DNA of 64,000 nt from Eremomyces bilateralis CBS 781.70 (taxonomy: Eukaryota). How positions within the stretch are numbered: position 1 is the first letter of the stretch; each line of letters opens with the position of its first letter. The stretch is from NCBI GenBank assembly GCA_010015585.1, contig ML975150.1; one strand, written 5' to 3'. Positions 35,244 through 48,348 of this stretch are shown here, piece by piece. A program made the translations under genes and the position numbers. The notes under the pieces are model-generated. The model was not told the origin of the DNA. It was given only the letters and a program-made list of their open reading frames with translations, and ran no database searches.

Positions 35244-36993
35244 ATGCCAGGCACTCGAGGCCCGGTAGCGCTACCATTGCGAGATGGACCGCGCAATATA
35301 ACGCAAGAAGTCCTAGACGTCCTCGACAAGAAATCGTCCTTCGAAACAGGCGCCGAGTTCCCGGATGTTCCACAAGTCGAGATCAAGGCCGCTCTAGACA
35401 GGCTAGGGTCAAGAGACATGGTCCAGTATGATACCAATGATACGGAGCTTGTCTTTCTCACCGATGAGGCCAGAACCATTTGCGCCGAAGGCAGCCCTGA
35501 GTTCAAAGTGTGGGAGGCGGTGCGAAGAAAGGGCAAAATCACAATCAAAGACCTCCCCGTAAGTCGAATTGGATGACATGGAACTGGAGATCTCGCTCTA
35601 TTGAGGTGTCTGCTAACGATTGTCTAGAGCGAAGTGGGAGCCGAATCCGCCAAAGTAGGCCAGGGGAACGCCTTCAGGAATAAATGGATCAAGAAGGATG
35701 GCGAGTACCTGGTCTTGGTCGCTCAGGAGGTGGAAGATAAGGCTCGAGGGGTCCTACAACAAATCCAAGCGACGAAAGCCTTGCACGATGCCAAAACGCT
35801 GGCCGATCTCAAGAAGAGAAAGCTGGTGACGGTCGGCAAATCGATAACATATACGGTTCGGAAAGGGCCGAAGTTTGCGACAGAGGTACCTGTGGAAGTC
35901 ACCGACCTCACGGCAGAGATGATTGCAGATGGCTCATGGCAGTCTGCCAACTTCAAACCGTACAACTTCAAGGCGTTGGGCGCTGCACAAAACGCCGGAG
36001 CTCTACACCCCTTGAACAAAGTGAGGGCGGAATTCCGAAACATCTTCTTCAATCAGGGTTTCGTAGAGATGCCAACAAGCTGGTATGGTTGACTCTCTCC
36101 ATTTGTCGGAGCGGCAAGCCGTCACTGGCCAAAGCTAACTTTGATATTTCAGTTATGTTGACACCGGGTTCTGGAACTTCGACGCTCTATATGTCCCTCA
36201 GCAGCACCCCGCCCGTGACGTCCAAGACACTTTCTTCATCTCGGATCCACCGACCGCTGATCGACCGCGAGATAACCCTGCGGCCGAAGAAGCCATGATT
36301 GCTATGGAGGCGAGTGCCCGGAAGCTCTATGAGACTCCGGAGAAACCGAAACCCAAACCCCGCGACTATCAACAATATTGGGATGACGTGCGCGCGGTCC
36401 ATGAGGACGGGAAATTCGGCTCCATTGGCTATCGATACAAGTGGTCAGAGGACGAATGTCTACGGCTTGTGTTGCGCACCCATACCACCGCGGTCTCCGC
36501 CTGGTGTTTGCATCGGCTAGCTGAGGACCCTCGTCCAGCTCGTTACTTCAGTATCGACCGAGTGTTCCGAAACGAGACGGTCGATGCAACCCATCTGGCA
36601 GAATTTCACCAAGTGGAGGGTGTCATTGCCGACTTTGGCTTGACCCTAGGTGGATTAATGCGCTTCCTGGAAGATTTCTTCGGCAAATTGGGCCTCAAGG
36701 ATCTACGATTCAAGCCCGCCTATAACCCCTACACCGAGCCGAGCATGGAAATATTCGGATATCATTTGGGTTTGAAGAAGTGGGTAGAGATTGGCAACTC
36801 GGGCATGTTCCGCCCGGAGATGCTGGAGCCCATGGGGTTGCCGAAAGATTTGCGCGTATACGGCTTTGGGCTGAGTTTGGAGAGGCCGACCATGATCCGA
36901 TATGGCGTGTCCAACATCAGAGACTTGCTAGGACACAAAGTCGACCTGGGCTTTGTTGAGAATAACGCTGCCGTCCGCCTCGACAAGGTGTAA
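35244..36993 (+). CDS. FRS2: Cytoplasmic phenylalanyl-tRNA synthetase alpha subunit; 3 exons
   Basis: [79 protein letters not shown]. Confidence 0.98.
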
Positions 36994-37917
36994 GTACTTG
37001 TGCATGGGCTGCTCTCGGGGTCACGAATTTCATCCAGCGTTACATTGTCTATACGCGGGGATGTTTTACCAAAATACGATGAGATGAATACAAAACTCCT
37101 GTTGATGGATAGTCTCACAGCTACCGGGCACAGTTCACTATGGACGCATTCGCTGCAGTGATCCTTTCTGCCATCGCTCACATGGTTTCAATAAGTTAAT
37201 ATTCAGATAATGATCGACATAGGGATAGTATGGTACGTGTCTCGCATTATGAATGATCATCTAAACGCACCGCTATCACTAGCAAGTCGAATATCTGTAG
37301 GATGAGATGCGAATCCTGATTACCAGTATTGAGGGATAAGCATGGCATGAGCCTTGGGTCGAAGGAATGCTGGATAAGGTGGATTAAGGAACCATGGTAC
37401 TAACCCGGATACAGTGGCAACTAGACGACAACGCAGACTGCTTAAAACGAAAGCGAGCGAATCCTGAAGATATTTTAATCATACCAGTAGTTGGTCAAAG
37501 TACAGTTGAAGCATCAAAAATGCGAGGACAGAGCAGTATGTTCTGGGAGTCGAGTTCTCAATCAAGCTCGGGTCTCGAGCAGAAGCAGAGGTCCTTCGTA
37601 TTTCTACCGCTCTTGGCCCTGGGAGTCAAGCCGTCAACAGAAATCTCTCCTCTCGAACATGATTTGGAGACCTTCCCTAACAGCTCAGGGCTTCATACGG
37701 TATTTAGCGAGTTAACCATGTTCGGCCTCGAATGACTCATTTTACCCCATATTCCAGATTGACAGCCGAATGCTCCCCTCGCAATACCGATATCGAGAAT
37801 CGTGACTGCACCTTTCGCTGGTTGGGGCGTCTTCGTTTCCCCTCTTAACGAATGCAACCCCTTGAGGTTCTTTGAAATACATCGCTGTATACTCGTTGCT
37901 CGAGGAGCGAGAACGGT

Positions 37918-40900
37918 ATGCAAAGTTTCCCTTGCCCTCACAGTGATTGCGACCGCTCCTACCCGACGAAGAACTCCCTGGCACGACATGTCCACAATCA
38001 TCGCGAAGCGGATCATGAATGTGACCTTTGCGGGGTCAAGTTCCGGCGACGGGACATTCTCCTTCGTCACCGGAAGATCCATACGGGTTCGAAGACTCTA
38101 GGGGAGCCTGCGAACCCGGACGCGAACCTCAGAAAGAGACGGAGATGTCATACCGCTTGTCAATTGTGTCGAAAAGCGCGGTCAAAGTGTGACGGCGAGC
38201 AGCCGTGCTCGACATGCAGAGCGGCCGAAAAGGAATGCGAATACGATCACAATACCCTTCGATTAAGCCATAAGCCACTTCTAAGTGCTGACGCCGAGTC
38301 ATCACCGAATTATAGAGGAATTCCAGGCGATGATACCGTACCCGTCCCGTCAGGTGCAGACCCACGGATCCTGCCGCAGCTAGAGCCTCACGGAGTGTCT
38401 TCCTCAACTTGGCAGCAAATTCCTATCCAAGAGCAAAGTTACGTCCCGGATGTGGAAGCGCCTATGAAAACTGTGGATCGTCGAGTCGATACCCACGCGA
38501 TCGCATCAGAGCAGCTGGTGAACTCATCAGCGTTGAACGGTCAGCAGACTGTGGGCGGCTACAACGGTGGTTTCGACGAAGCCACACTGATTGAATCGTC
38601 CCTTGAAACCCCACACTGGCAATGGATGCATGAAGACATGTTTCTCCAGACAAACCCCTCTTCGGTATGGTTGACCGAATACTCCCAGCAACGTTTCCCT
38701 CCCAACGCACTACCGCAACCGGGTTCAATGAGTATGGATCACGCAGCAGCGCCGGTCATGCAGTTACCATCCCCTCCGACCACAATCGGGTGGTCCAATA
38801 CCGCCCAAGCTGTTCAGAATCAGTCAAACTTTCCCGATGTCCCAGGACCGGCACATCCCAACCAAGCCCGAGGCTGTAAGTTGAATTCTGTGGAAATACT
38901 TGCTTAGGCTGATCGACGAATAGCACCGTTTACTCATGGACCTCGCGACAAGCTCGATCATCACGGAGTCGATGCGATCCTGAAGGTTGCCCAGGCATCT
39001 AGTTCCCAAAGTGATGTTGTCAGGGACATGGTCGATTACGCGAAGAAAGTTGGTATCAATTCTGCTGTGCATGACGCCAATCATGGCGAGTTCTGGCGTA
39101 TGATTTCCGCCCGCGTCGATGAAGCCTTCTTCCCTGGTGTAACGTCCAGAGAAGGACCGTTCACATTGCATCGGTTTATCGACCTTTACTTCGCGCACTT
39201 TCATCTACTCTGGGTTTTGATTGTCAATCCCCATAAGATTGATTTCAATACGCTACACCCGATCATCTACCTCACTCTGGCCTCCATTGGAGGCATGTAT
39301 GATGGCAATCAAGGAGCTACATGCGGTGCTCTCTTACACGAAGCCCTCCGTGGAGTGCTTACTGCTAATCCAGCCCAGTTTGCGGAAAGCGAACCAGAGC
39401 CTCTTTGGCTAGTGCAGGCTCTTGTTCTCACGCAGCTGGCCGCAGTGTACTTCGGACACCGACGTGCATTTTCGGCTGCACAACATATTGGGTGTATTCT
39501 GTTCACGCAATCGCGACGAATGAATCTATTTTCCGCCCGCCGCTATCGACGGAAACACATTGAAGCCATGCGCAGGGCTCAAAGTATTGAACAGCGGCGC
39601 AAGATATGGATCACATTAGAATCCAAAGTCCGACTTGCTTACGGCATCTATCGGGCGGATATCTATCTGAGCGTACTGCTCAATACTCGGCCTTTTATGT
39701 CGCATTCAGAGATGGAAGTCGAGGTTGACGAATATGTCTTCAATCCGGACATTATCAATCGAATGGATGAACACATCAATAGCACCATCCATGATCCGAA
39801 CGCACTCAGACATAAGCTATTGTTCTCCGACCTTCTGCGGATTGCCTTGGACCGAGAAGAACCCCTTCCTGCTCTTTCGCTACCGCAACATGAAATTCTC
39901 ATCTGGTCTCTGAATGAGGACATATGGGAGTACTGCCATGATCCATCGGCGGTCTCTAGGCTCACGGGTGTGCCTGCTGTCATACCAGGCGGTCTCAGGC
40001 CACAGTTGAGCGCTCCTACTCGGCAACTCGATTCCTCCATTCCATACAGCAGCGACGCACATTCATTCCAGCGGAGCGAACGCCCCCCGAACACTCCATA
40101 CATCCATGATGAGCCGATAGGTTACTCGAGGCGTACAATGGGTGATCTTCGATCTTCATCTGATCGATTATTTGCTGCTCTAACCAAATGGGAGCGATCT
40201 TTTGTTGTTGTATCACAGGACCCTGTGCAACAGGAGCGGTTCCGAGACAAAGTTGTTGTTAGTCTCCTCTTGTACCACCTCACATACATCCGCTTAAATG
40301 CGCCAATTGAGAGCCTTCATCAGATCTGCTACAGCCTCGAGGATCGCGAGGGTGGTGGCAGGATGCCCGATGGCTCCGCTCCACGCAGCCGTCAACCGTC
40401 AGGGGCAGGACTATCGTCAACCGGGCATGGACACCCGGCCCGCTCCCCTGACGGCGAGCTCCTTGCAGCGCTATCTATGTGGTTGGCGTCAGGCCAGGCA
40501 GAGATCGCTGTCGAGCATGCCTGTCAGATTTGGGCTATTATCGCTAAAGAACTGACTCGACCCACCCACCAGCGTGCCAAACTGAACCTCATGGCGTTCA
40601 TAGGACTCCATCATTCCGGGGCAGTCGTATGGTCGTGGTCACTCGGAAAGAAACGAGAGAATACCTCAGGCCCGCCGGACCACTTGACATCTCCGAGCCT
40701 GGATCAAGGACAAGTCCTGGGCAGGCACTGGCAGTTCACCAGTGATGCAAAGGCATCTCAATGGCCCTTGTCCGCACCGACCCGAAATCTTGTGCTTCCC
40801 GTCGGTAAGATAGCCGCTGAGGTTTCCGAAGGGAAAGACGGGGCGGCGGCAGTGAGGGTCATCGCCGCCCTTGCTGAATCCCCAAATAGCACAGCAGAAT

Positions 40901-41154
40901 CTTCTGCCAGCCGGAGTACCATGGACGGCCCTTCGTCGGCAAGATATCCGAACGCTGTTGGGCCACCAGGCACGGTGATCAAATCACATGCTATGCCAGC
41001 TGATGTACAGATGTGTCGAGAGGAGATTCCAAGATTGCTCGCGAGTTTCGCACGGCTTTACGAACAAGTAAACCCTGCATGGGGTGTGCGAAGCTCTTTC
41101 GCGCAAGCCGCGTGGAGGTTGGCGAGAACAGAAGCGCCTAGCTGGTTTGGTTGA
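37918..41154 (+). CDS. Transcription factor with two C2H2 fingers, a Zn(II)2Cys6 cluster and a fungal TF middle region; intron 38876-38923
   Basis: CPHSDC..HVHNH, CDLC..HRKIH, ACQLCRKARSKCDGEQPCSTC.....C, later FIDLYFAHFH. GTAAGT..CTGAT..TAG joins the two ORFs in frame. Confidence 0.92.
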
Positions 41155-41568
41155 TACGATACACGAACATCAACGACTCTGGAGCAAATGTTTACTTTCG
41201 GTTTTATTCCCTGGGAGATGGACGGAAAGGCGCAATTTTGTTGTAACGACGAGTTCAGGCAAGATACCCTTACGTTTAGAGGCTTGTATTTGTCCAAACC
41301 CAACCACGATTGCCATTTATACTCCTATCGAGGCACCGATCTTTCCCATGCTCTCCACTCGAGTCTGTCTCTGGCCATGGTATACAAGTTCCGAGGCACC
41401 ACGGCACCCTTCATGTCGAGGTATCGGCGTCTGAAGGATGGGTCGATCGTGTGAGGTATGGATGTGGCATTGATGGATCCTCCCAAATAAACGCACAGTG
41501 TGTTGTACTTGAGTAGAGGATACTTTATCCGTTAATTCCTGACCTGCAAAGTGAAGTGTATACATTCC

Positions 41569-41647
41569 TAGTACTATCTATTAGTAGTTACCACTTCAGG
41601 TAAGTTAAGTTAATTAACTAACTAAGTACTCCTAAGTACTAATATTT
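41569..41647. repeat. AT-rich TTAA/CTAA low-complexity tract
   Basis: taagttaagttaattaactaactaagtactcctaagtactaatattt; sharply TpA-rich against its flanks. Confidence 0.75.
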
Positions 41648-42825
41648 GTACTCTACTCCAACCATGATCTCCCTGCCAAATGACATCTCCCCGAACTTAT
41701 GGCCCCGGCAACCCGCCCTCAAGCCGAAAAATAAATTATTGCCGCACCATATTGACAGCAAGGGGGTTCCGATTGATTGCTGCAAGCAACCGAAGAGTCA
41801 ACCACGGAGACCTCTCACGCTCTTCGCTCTCTCGCAGCAAAACCTGCTATTAATAATTCTCGAGATTCATATCGAAAAGTTCCAAAGTTCTACAATGTAT
41901 TCCGTACGGTTCGGTCAACGCGATGTCGCTATCTAACATCTTCTCTGCTATCTTAGTGGCGTCTGGGGTTGGCCCAATTGATTGGAGGCAGCCGAATAGC
42001 AAGTCATTGTGCTCCAATTAGGGCCGGCTCAATTCTCAACCCCTTAAAATCGGCTGACCTCCTCCCCACATTATTTTGTATTGCTGACTTCGGTTACAGT
42101 AGTTATTCTGTATTATTGAATTCCTCTACGAAATACTGTGTAATTACAGCCTCATAGCCCACAGGTTACTCCATACAGGTTAACGGAATACAGCCTTGCT
42201 ATTAGTTGCTACTGGTTCCCCATAAAATGCCCCACTACGTCTTTTCCCGCTCTGGGTCTAACTCGTCCCGTGTAATAATACACCAAGATATGCCACTGAT
42301 CATCGCAGTGTTAGTCCGTCTTTACTCTTTAGTCAGTCGCTAGTATTCATGTCTCACGAGGACGGAAAAAGGACCAAGGGACTGTCCCTGAGAACCAGAG
42401 CCGCTCCACACTCCGACGTCGAAGCTTGGAGTCCCATCAGACCCTTGAATCCAACGCGCTTCGGTTACATTTCCGATGCATTTCATTTTCAAGTCTCAAC
42501 GATTCCACTGTTCGGAATCAACTCTCGTTTGAACAGCGAAGTGCTGCGAGTTGACGTTTCTCCGCTCTGTTTCTTGTGTTTATATTCAGGCTGGCCTTTT
42601 TTGTATTAATCTCTCGCTCCTCGTGATACCCACTACGATTCCCGTCCGACGTGTCTTGATTGACCCGTCAGCGGACGAACTGCCGTATTGTCGTTGAATC
42701 AACCAACGAGAAGACATCTCAACTGACAATGAGCTGATATCCTCATTCTTTAACTTGGCCTTGTCCATCGTTAACCTATCCTTCGGCCTGGTTAGGCCCA
42801 TTCGCTCTGCGCCATCTTCGCAAAG

Positions 42826-44445
42826 ATGACACATCATAAACCCCATATCCGCTCAGATTCGGCCCAGGAATCCCCCTCTTTAATCCACGAGAGAGCGGCC
42901 AGAGACCTGGAGAAGAACGGCACCGATATCCAGTGCGACCGTGTCTCCCCCTTCCGAATGCTCGCCGCACATCTTAAAGTCATCTCGTTGCCCTCAATAT
43001 GTGGCTTCCTCTTCCGCATCGCCTTTTGGCTCCTTCCCTCCTTCGTCCAAAAGCGTCTCCTCCACGAACCCTCGAAACCGGAGAAGTTATACCCGACATC
43101 ATATCTCGATGGCATACGCGGCCTTGCGGCGCTCTTCGTCTTCTTCTGTCATTTTTCCTACACCAGCTTCGTCATCACGCGCGGCTACGGCCACGGCGCC
43201 GAAGGCGAGAACCAGAACCTCCTCCAGCTCCCTATAATCCGCCTCTTCTACTCCGGACCGCCCATGGTGTGCCTCTTCTTCGTCGTATCCGGGTACGCTC
43301 TCTCCCTGAAGTCGCTCAAGCAGATGCGAGCCCGGAACTTCTCCGGCCTCCTCAACACCATGGCTTCGAGCATTTTCCGCCGAGCCGCTCGCCTTTTCCT
43401 CCCGACAGCCATCAGTACCTTCATGGTAGTCATAATGCTGCGGCTAGGCTGGTATGAGCGGACTCGTGAGTTCTCCGGGGACCGCACGTTTATGCGTAAT
43501 ATCGTGGAGCACCATCCTGCCCGACTACCGACATTCGCAGATCAGTATTACGACTGGGGATGGAAGCTGTTCGACTTCGTACACATATGGTCCTGGGAAC
43601 CGTTCGGTGGCTCCATCAGTTACGATCTGCATTTGTGGACCATCCCGGTGGAGTTTCGTGCCTCGATGGTGTTGTTCCTCGTCTTGATCGGAGTGAGCCG
43701 GACGCGCGCCTGGGTCCGTCAGGTGTTGTATTTCACGCTTTTCTACTACTTTCTCCGATGGGATCGTTGGGACATGATGCTCTTCATTTCCGGTACAATG
43801 ATCGCCGAATTCGACTTGATCCGAGCCGAATCCCGATCCCGCTCCCCTTCTACCTCCACCGATGTTGCTCCCAATTCGACGCAATCCGATATGCCGCCAT
43901 CCTACGAAAAGTCGGCACGATCGCGAGACGATGGTTCCTCCGAACGTTCGACAAGTCAAGCAACCCTTATATTTGGACATATTCTCGCGTTCGTAGCGCT
44001 TTACCTCCTATCCCAGCCTGACGACTCCGCTGAGGAGACTCCTGGATGGGTGACGTTAGCCTCCTTAATCCCCGAATATTTTACCATAAAATACCGGTTC
44101 TGGCAATCCATTGGAGGCATCTTATTCGTCTTTGCTCTTTCCATATGTCCGCCACTGCAGCGACCATTCAACCATCCTGCCATTCAGTACCTCGGGAAGA
44201 TTAGCTATGCGCTGTATCTAATGCACGGGCCTGTCTTGCATGTGGTAGGCTACGTCGTCCAGGAATGGGCGTGGCATGTCACTGGCTGGGAAACACAAGG
44301 CCAGTATATCGGAGGCTTCTTGCTCTCAAGCGTTTTCATCATCCCAGTAGTGATCTGGGCTGGGGATGTGTTTTGGAGAGGCGTCGATGTTTACTGCGTT
44401 ATGTTTGCGAGATGGCTAGAGAGCGTGTGCTTTATCAAAGGGTAG
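42826..44445 (+). CDS. Acyltransferase family 3 (OafA-like membrane O-acyltransferase), intronless
   Basis: YLDGIRGLAALFVFFCH, FFVVSGYALS, RRAARLFLP, HLWTIPVEFRASM, YLGKISYALYLMHGP; many hydrophobic segments. Confidence 0.93.
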   Translation: MTHHKPHIRSDSAQESPSLIHERAARDLEKNGTDIQCDRVSPFRMLAAHLKVISLPSICGFLFRIAFWLLPSFVQKRLLHEPSKPEKLYPTSYLDGIRGLAALFVFFCHFSYTSFVITRGYGHGAEGENQNLLQLPIIRLFYSGPPMVCLFFVVSGYALSLKSLKQMRARNFSGLLNTMASSIFRRAARLFLPTAISTFMVVIMLRLGWYERTREFSGDRTFMRNIVEHHPARLPTFADQYYDWGWKLFDFVHIWSWEPFGGSISYDLHLWTIPVEFRASMVLFLVLIGVSRTRAWVRQVLYFTLFYYFLRWDRWDMMLFISGTMIAEFDLIRAESRSRSPSTSTDVAPNSTQSDMPPSYEKSARSRDDGSSERSTSQATLIFGHILAFVALYLLSQPDDSAEETPGWVTLASLIPEYFTIKYRFWQSIGGILFVFALSICPPLQRPFNHPAIQYLGKISYALYLMHGPVLHVVGYVVQEWAWHVTGWETQGQYIGGFLLSSVFIIPVVIWAGDVFWRGVDVYCVMFARWLESVCFIKG

Positions 44446-45693
44446 GCCAAAGCCCGTCGAGCCGTCGAACATTGTGCCGTTTCCCTGCAACTAGCAGGCG
44501 GTTATTTCTGAGGAGGCGACGGGTCTTCGAACTCGAGCGAACTGGTGCACATTTGGACCGCATGCGCCGTGTCTGTCTTAAAATGACAGAAAATGCATGA
44601 AGGCAAGAGAAGAGTCACGCGGGGCTTATGTCGCCGCGCACGGTCAGCACGACAGAAGTCGGAGAGGGGCAGGGACGACATTGTCAACAGATCCGTGGCA
44701 TCTATGCATACAAGCATCTAGGGAGGTGTTAGCTGGGCATGAACTTGAGTACCGTGTATAATTGATACCCACAAAGGATACAGGCGGAAGGCATATAGGG
44801 ATTGGATATACCGTTAGGCAGCTTATGTATCACTATAAATATCACGCGAAGGCACATAGCCAATATTGAGAAACTAAACAAGCGTGAGGAGCGATGTGAA
44901 ACCCACTGATCACTCGAGACCGACTGTTTATATTGATTTGTGTCGTCAAATAACAGGGGGTGCTGAGGCGCAACGTGGTGACACGACAGCGTGTGCACTG
45001 AGCTTTAGGACTTCAATCAATCCAGGCACAAGTGACACAACAGTAGTATCAGAGTCACAGAGCAAAGAGCATGCGTCCAGACCTCTCGCTTGAAAAAGCT
45101 TCTATGAGCTTAAGGCAGGCCAATCCTTACCTTCTCAGCACCACGATAATTATACGTTTGGGGATCACATCTGCAGCACTCATCGCACACCAAAGATGCT
45201 ATTATAATCTTTTTTTCTTATATCTTTTGAAAAGGACATTGTCAAAGCTCAATCTCGTGGCTTCAAGAGGGCTGGATTGGATCCAAAACCAGAAACTGGG
45301 GGGAAACAATCCGGACAGTGAGCCCTACTCAGTGTCCTACTTCCATATCTTTTGGAAGGGCTCTGCCTGCGAGCCCTGGTCCCTAGAGCCTTGGTCCCCC
45401 ATGGGCTCATAGATGCGGCTCAACAATGGTAGTGGAGGGGGAAAAAATATGCTTTCGGCTGCCTTGAAGTAACTCAATGCTACTGTGAAGGAACTCGAAA
45501 TCGCTGCATCTGCGACCAAACTCCACCAGCAATGCATCTTATCCAAAGTAACCCGAGGCCGAGTCCGGAATGGACTATCACTCAAATAAAGGAAAGTGTG
45601 TGGGTATCATTTCTGTCGTCCCTGCAGCCACGCATGCATTTCTCCATCCACATTGCCATTCCCATCCTAAGACTACCAGCTCTCAGTCTCACT

Positions 45694-46047
45694 CTACATC
45701 GTATTCGACCCACTTCGTGGTGCTAAAGGGGATTTGAGATGGTCCAATTTGCCCGAAGTCTTCAGCCAGATGATGGTAATGACCAGTGCAGCTACGAAGA
45801 CAAGGAAGCAGAACCAAAAGATCCAACAGATACACGTGCGGCGCGATCGTTTCTGCTGTTGCCGTTCGAGCCAAGAGTCTCTGCCGGTGGTGTTAGCGAA
45901 TCCAAAGCCTATTTTACATGGATTTGATGGTTGAAGGACATACGAGTGCTTGAGCTCTGGTCTGGTGTTGTTCGAGCTGTGTGCTTCATCGTTGTGTACG
46001 GCTATGGAGAAGCGATGCCAGAAGGCAGGATCCCGGATTGCCGCCAT
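45694..46047 (-). CDS. Small fungal single-pass membrane protein; probable intron 45881-45943 (96 aa spliced)
   Basis: MAAIRDPAFWHRFSIAVHNDE ... DSWLERQQQKRSRR followed by TCICWIFWFCFLVFVAALVITIIWL; GTATGT..CTAAC..CAG intron signals. Confidence 0.85.
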   Translation of the reverse strand: MAAIRDPAFWHRFSIAVHNDEAHSSNNTRPELKHSYVLQPSNPCKIGFGFANTTGRDSWLERQQQKRSRRTCICWIFWFCFLVFVAALVITIIWLKTSGKLDHLKSPLAPRSGSNTM

Positions 46048-47359
46048 CGTTGCTTTGGAGGCCAGTAAAGATGATGGAGTGCAAGGTCGTGTATTCGCAA
46101 GCGATGAATGTAGGGATTGTGCACTTTAAGGGTGCTGGGTGGTAAGGGTTCTTTAAGTTAGGGCCCGATGTTGTGAAGATGTCGCAGAATAACATTAACA
46201 AGGGGCCGGGTAGTGAGGTGGTGACGATGGGTGTCTAGGGTTACGTTGATATGGAGTTAAACCCAAAATGTTGGAGGAATGTACTCCGTAGGACCGTAGA
46301 GCTTCTTAACCTCAAATATTTTCCTGAATTATCGTGGACAAATTGAATGCCTTTATCTTTGGGAATGTTTCCAATCGTGGCTTGTAGAATGGAGCCCTTG
46401 CTGATCAGGACGCTGCGAGCGAATGAAGCCAGCGTTCGATCGGATATGGGGAAAGCAATGTATGTGCAAAGGTCAATGTAACCGAAGTATGAATTCTTCA
46501 ATCTTATCGCTTGCGATTAAGACCCTGGAAACACTCGATTGCAGTGAATGAAGAGTGATGAGATCGCAACTATCAAAGTTCCGGTACCAAGAAAAAGAGG
46601 AGAAGTGGCAGTGACAGTAGCATGAAGGATCAAGAACGAACTGAGGTCAACTATGGCTTGCCATATAGGCACATAATAAGACAGTGAATGACCCCGCCCG
46701 GCGAAGAAGACTTTAATGAAGAGGACAACGATCGAAAACAAGCAACCAGAGAAGGAAATGTCCAGGAGGAACAAGCGGGAAGGTTGGCGGCATGACCAAG
46801 ATCTACGTAGTACTATGCATGTCTCGTCCGTTTCATCCACTTGGGGACCAAAGGATTTGTCTATCTGCTCACCGAAATACAAGGACAAGAATCCCACTCC
46901 TATTCAGGGCTGTTTCTCACCATTGGTCGTTTTGTGGGTGCGCTTGTAAGTTGTAACCTGTCTGACGACCAGGAAGTTGTCACCAGCCGAACCATACCAG
47001 CTCAGCCAGATCCTTTATAAATGTTGGCACAGAGCACTCACTGGACGCTCTAATGGTCATATACCTAGAGGGTAACATTGTTGGATGGGACCATTCAAAC
47101 TTCAAACCCATCGTCACACGAGATCCCATTATCATGGAGAAAGGTAAATGGTAGCACCAGGGCACTGGCGAAGGAGATGTTTAAAATTAAGGAGGGGGAA
47201 AGGCCAACGAACCAAACGAAGACCCTTGCGGCTCATTGATCAGGATGTGGCTCCCGTTGGGCGTTGAGTTGGACCAGGGGTTTCGGCCTGCGTCCTGCGG
47301 GTAATCAAACAGATCCCGCTGGGGGTGATGAAGCCCGTAAATGATGAAGGTTAAATCCA

Positions 47360-47445
47360 TAGTTAACTAAGTTAACTTAGTTACTAAGTTAGTTAACTTA
47401 ACTTAACTTTAGTTAACTAATATTTAGGTGCTAACTTAGTAGTAC
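47360..47445. repeat. AT-rich GTTAAC/CTAA tract with a perfect 20-bp palindrome (47364-47383)
   Basis: taactaagttaacttagtta equals its own reverse complement; four GTTAAC cores within about 60 nt. Confidence 0.85.
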
Positions 47446-48348
47446 TCCCGTTCCACAGCCTGTAATGTGTAATATGAATTGGACCAGCGTTGTAACTTCT
47501 CATTGGAGAAGGGTTTAATTTGATATTGAATTTCGCATTTGATGACGCCTAGGAGTTCCAGCTGGCGATAGTACCCACAGTTCTGGGCTCCTGGTACCGG
47601 GAAGTGAAGCTTTCCTGGTGGCTGGGTGTATACCTCCATCCCTTGCCTGTGTATCATTAATCATGCACTATGTATGCCGTCCTGCTGGATCCCTGTCTTG
47701 ATTGCTGATGGCTTCTCTCCGAGCTTGAGGTTGACTCTCTGCGAAAAGACGGAGCGAATGGTTGGTTCGTCTCCCAAATGTTCTCGATATCAGTGTAGGG
47801 CTCATGAAGTCCTTGACAATGACAAGGCGAGGAACCCCAGCGCCTTAGGATCAGGACGAAGTGAACCTCGCCATCGCGTTGTCCGATAATATATATTAAA
47901 TGCAGTCCATATCAGTGGAGCGAGTTTTCTAGGAGTACTGTGTAAGTTAGCATTCTTCCAGGTTGGCGGGTCAGACCACTATTATCAACTCACTTACTCG
48001 GTACTTAATACCCTACATATGGCAAATCGCATTTCCTGGCCCCTCTAATGTTTGTTGATATTGTGTCATGATATGATTGATTCACGATTATCATCATCAC
48101 CTTGTGGGCAAACCTCTCATAACGGAGAATGCAGGAGATCAATGCCTTAACTACCGTCTTCCGTTTGCTCTTCACTAGATCTTGCCGCTTCCATTCCCGA
48201 GCGTTTAGTAACGGCAGCGCTTGCTGCTTTGCAGACGAAGTTTTTCGATAATTTTCGAATAGGCCCCATAGACTTTTCATACCATATCTAACACATCCTG
48301 CCTTTTCCGATCTCTCCTTGCCTGCAAAAGATCCGTTCAACACTCAAC

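Noticed and set aside
46241..48343. Short ORFs that might be transposon or gene relics
   Set aside because: No transposase, reverse transcriptase or other motif was recognisable by eye.
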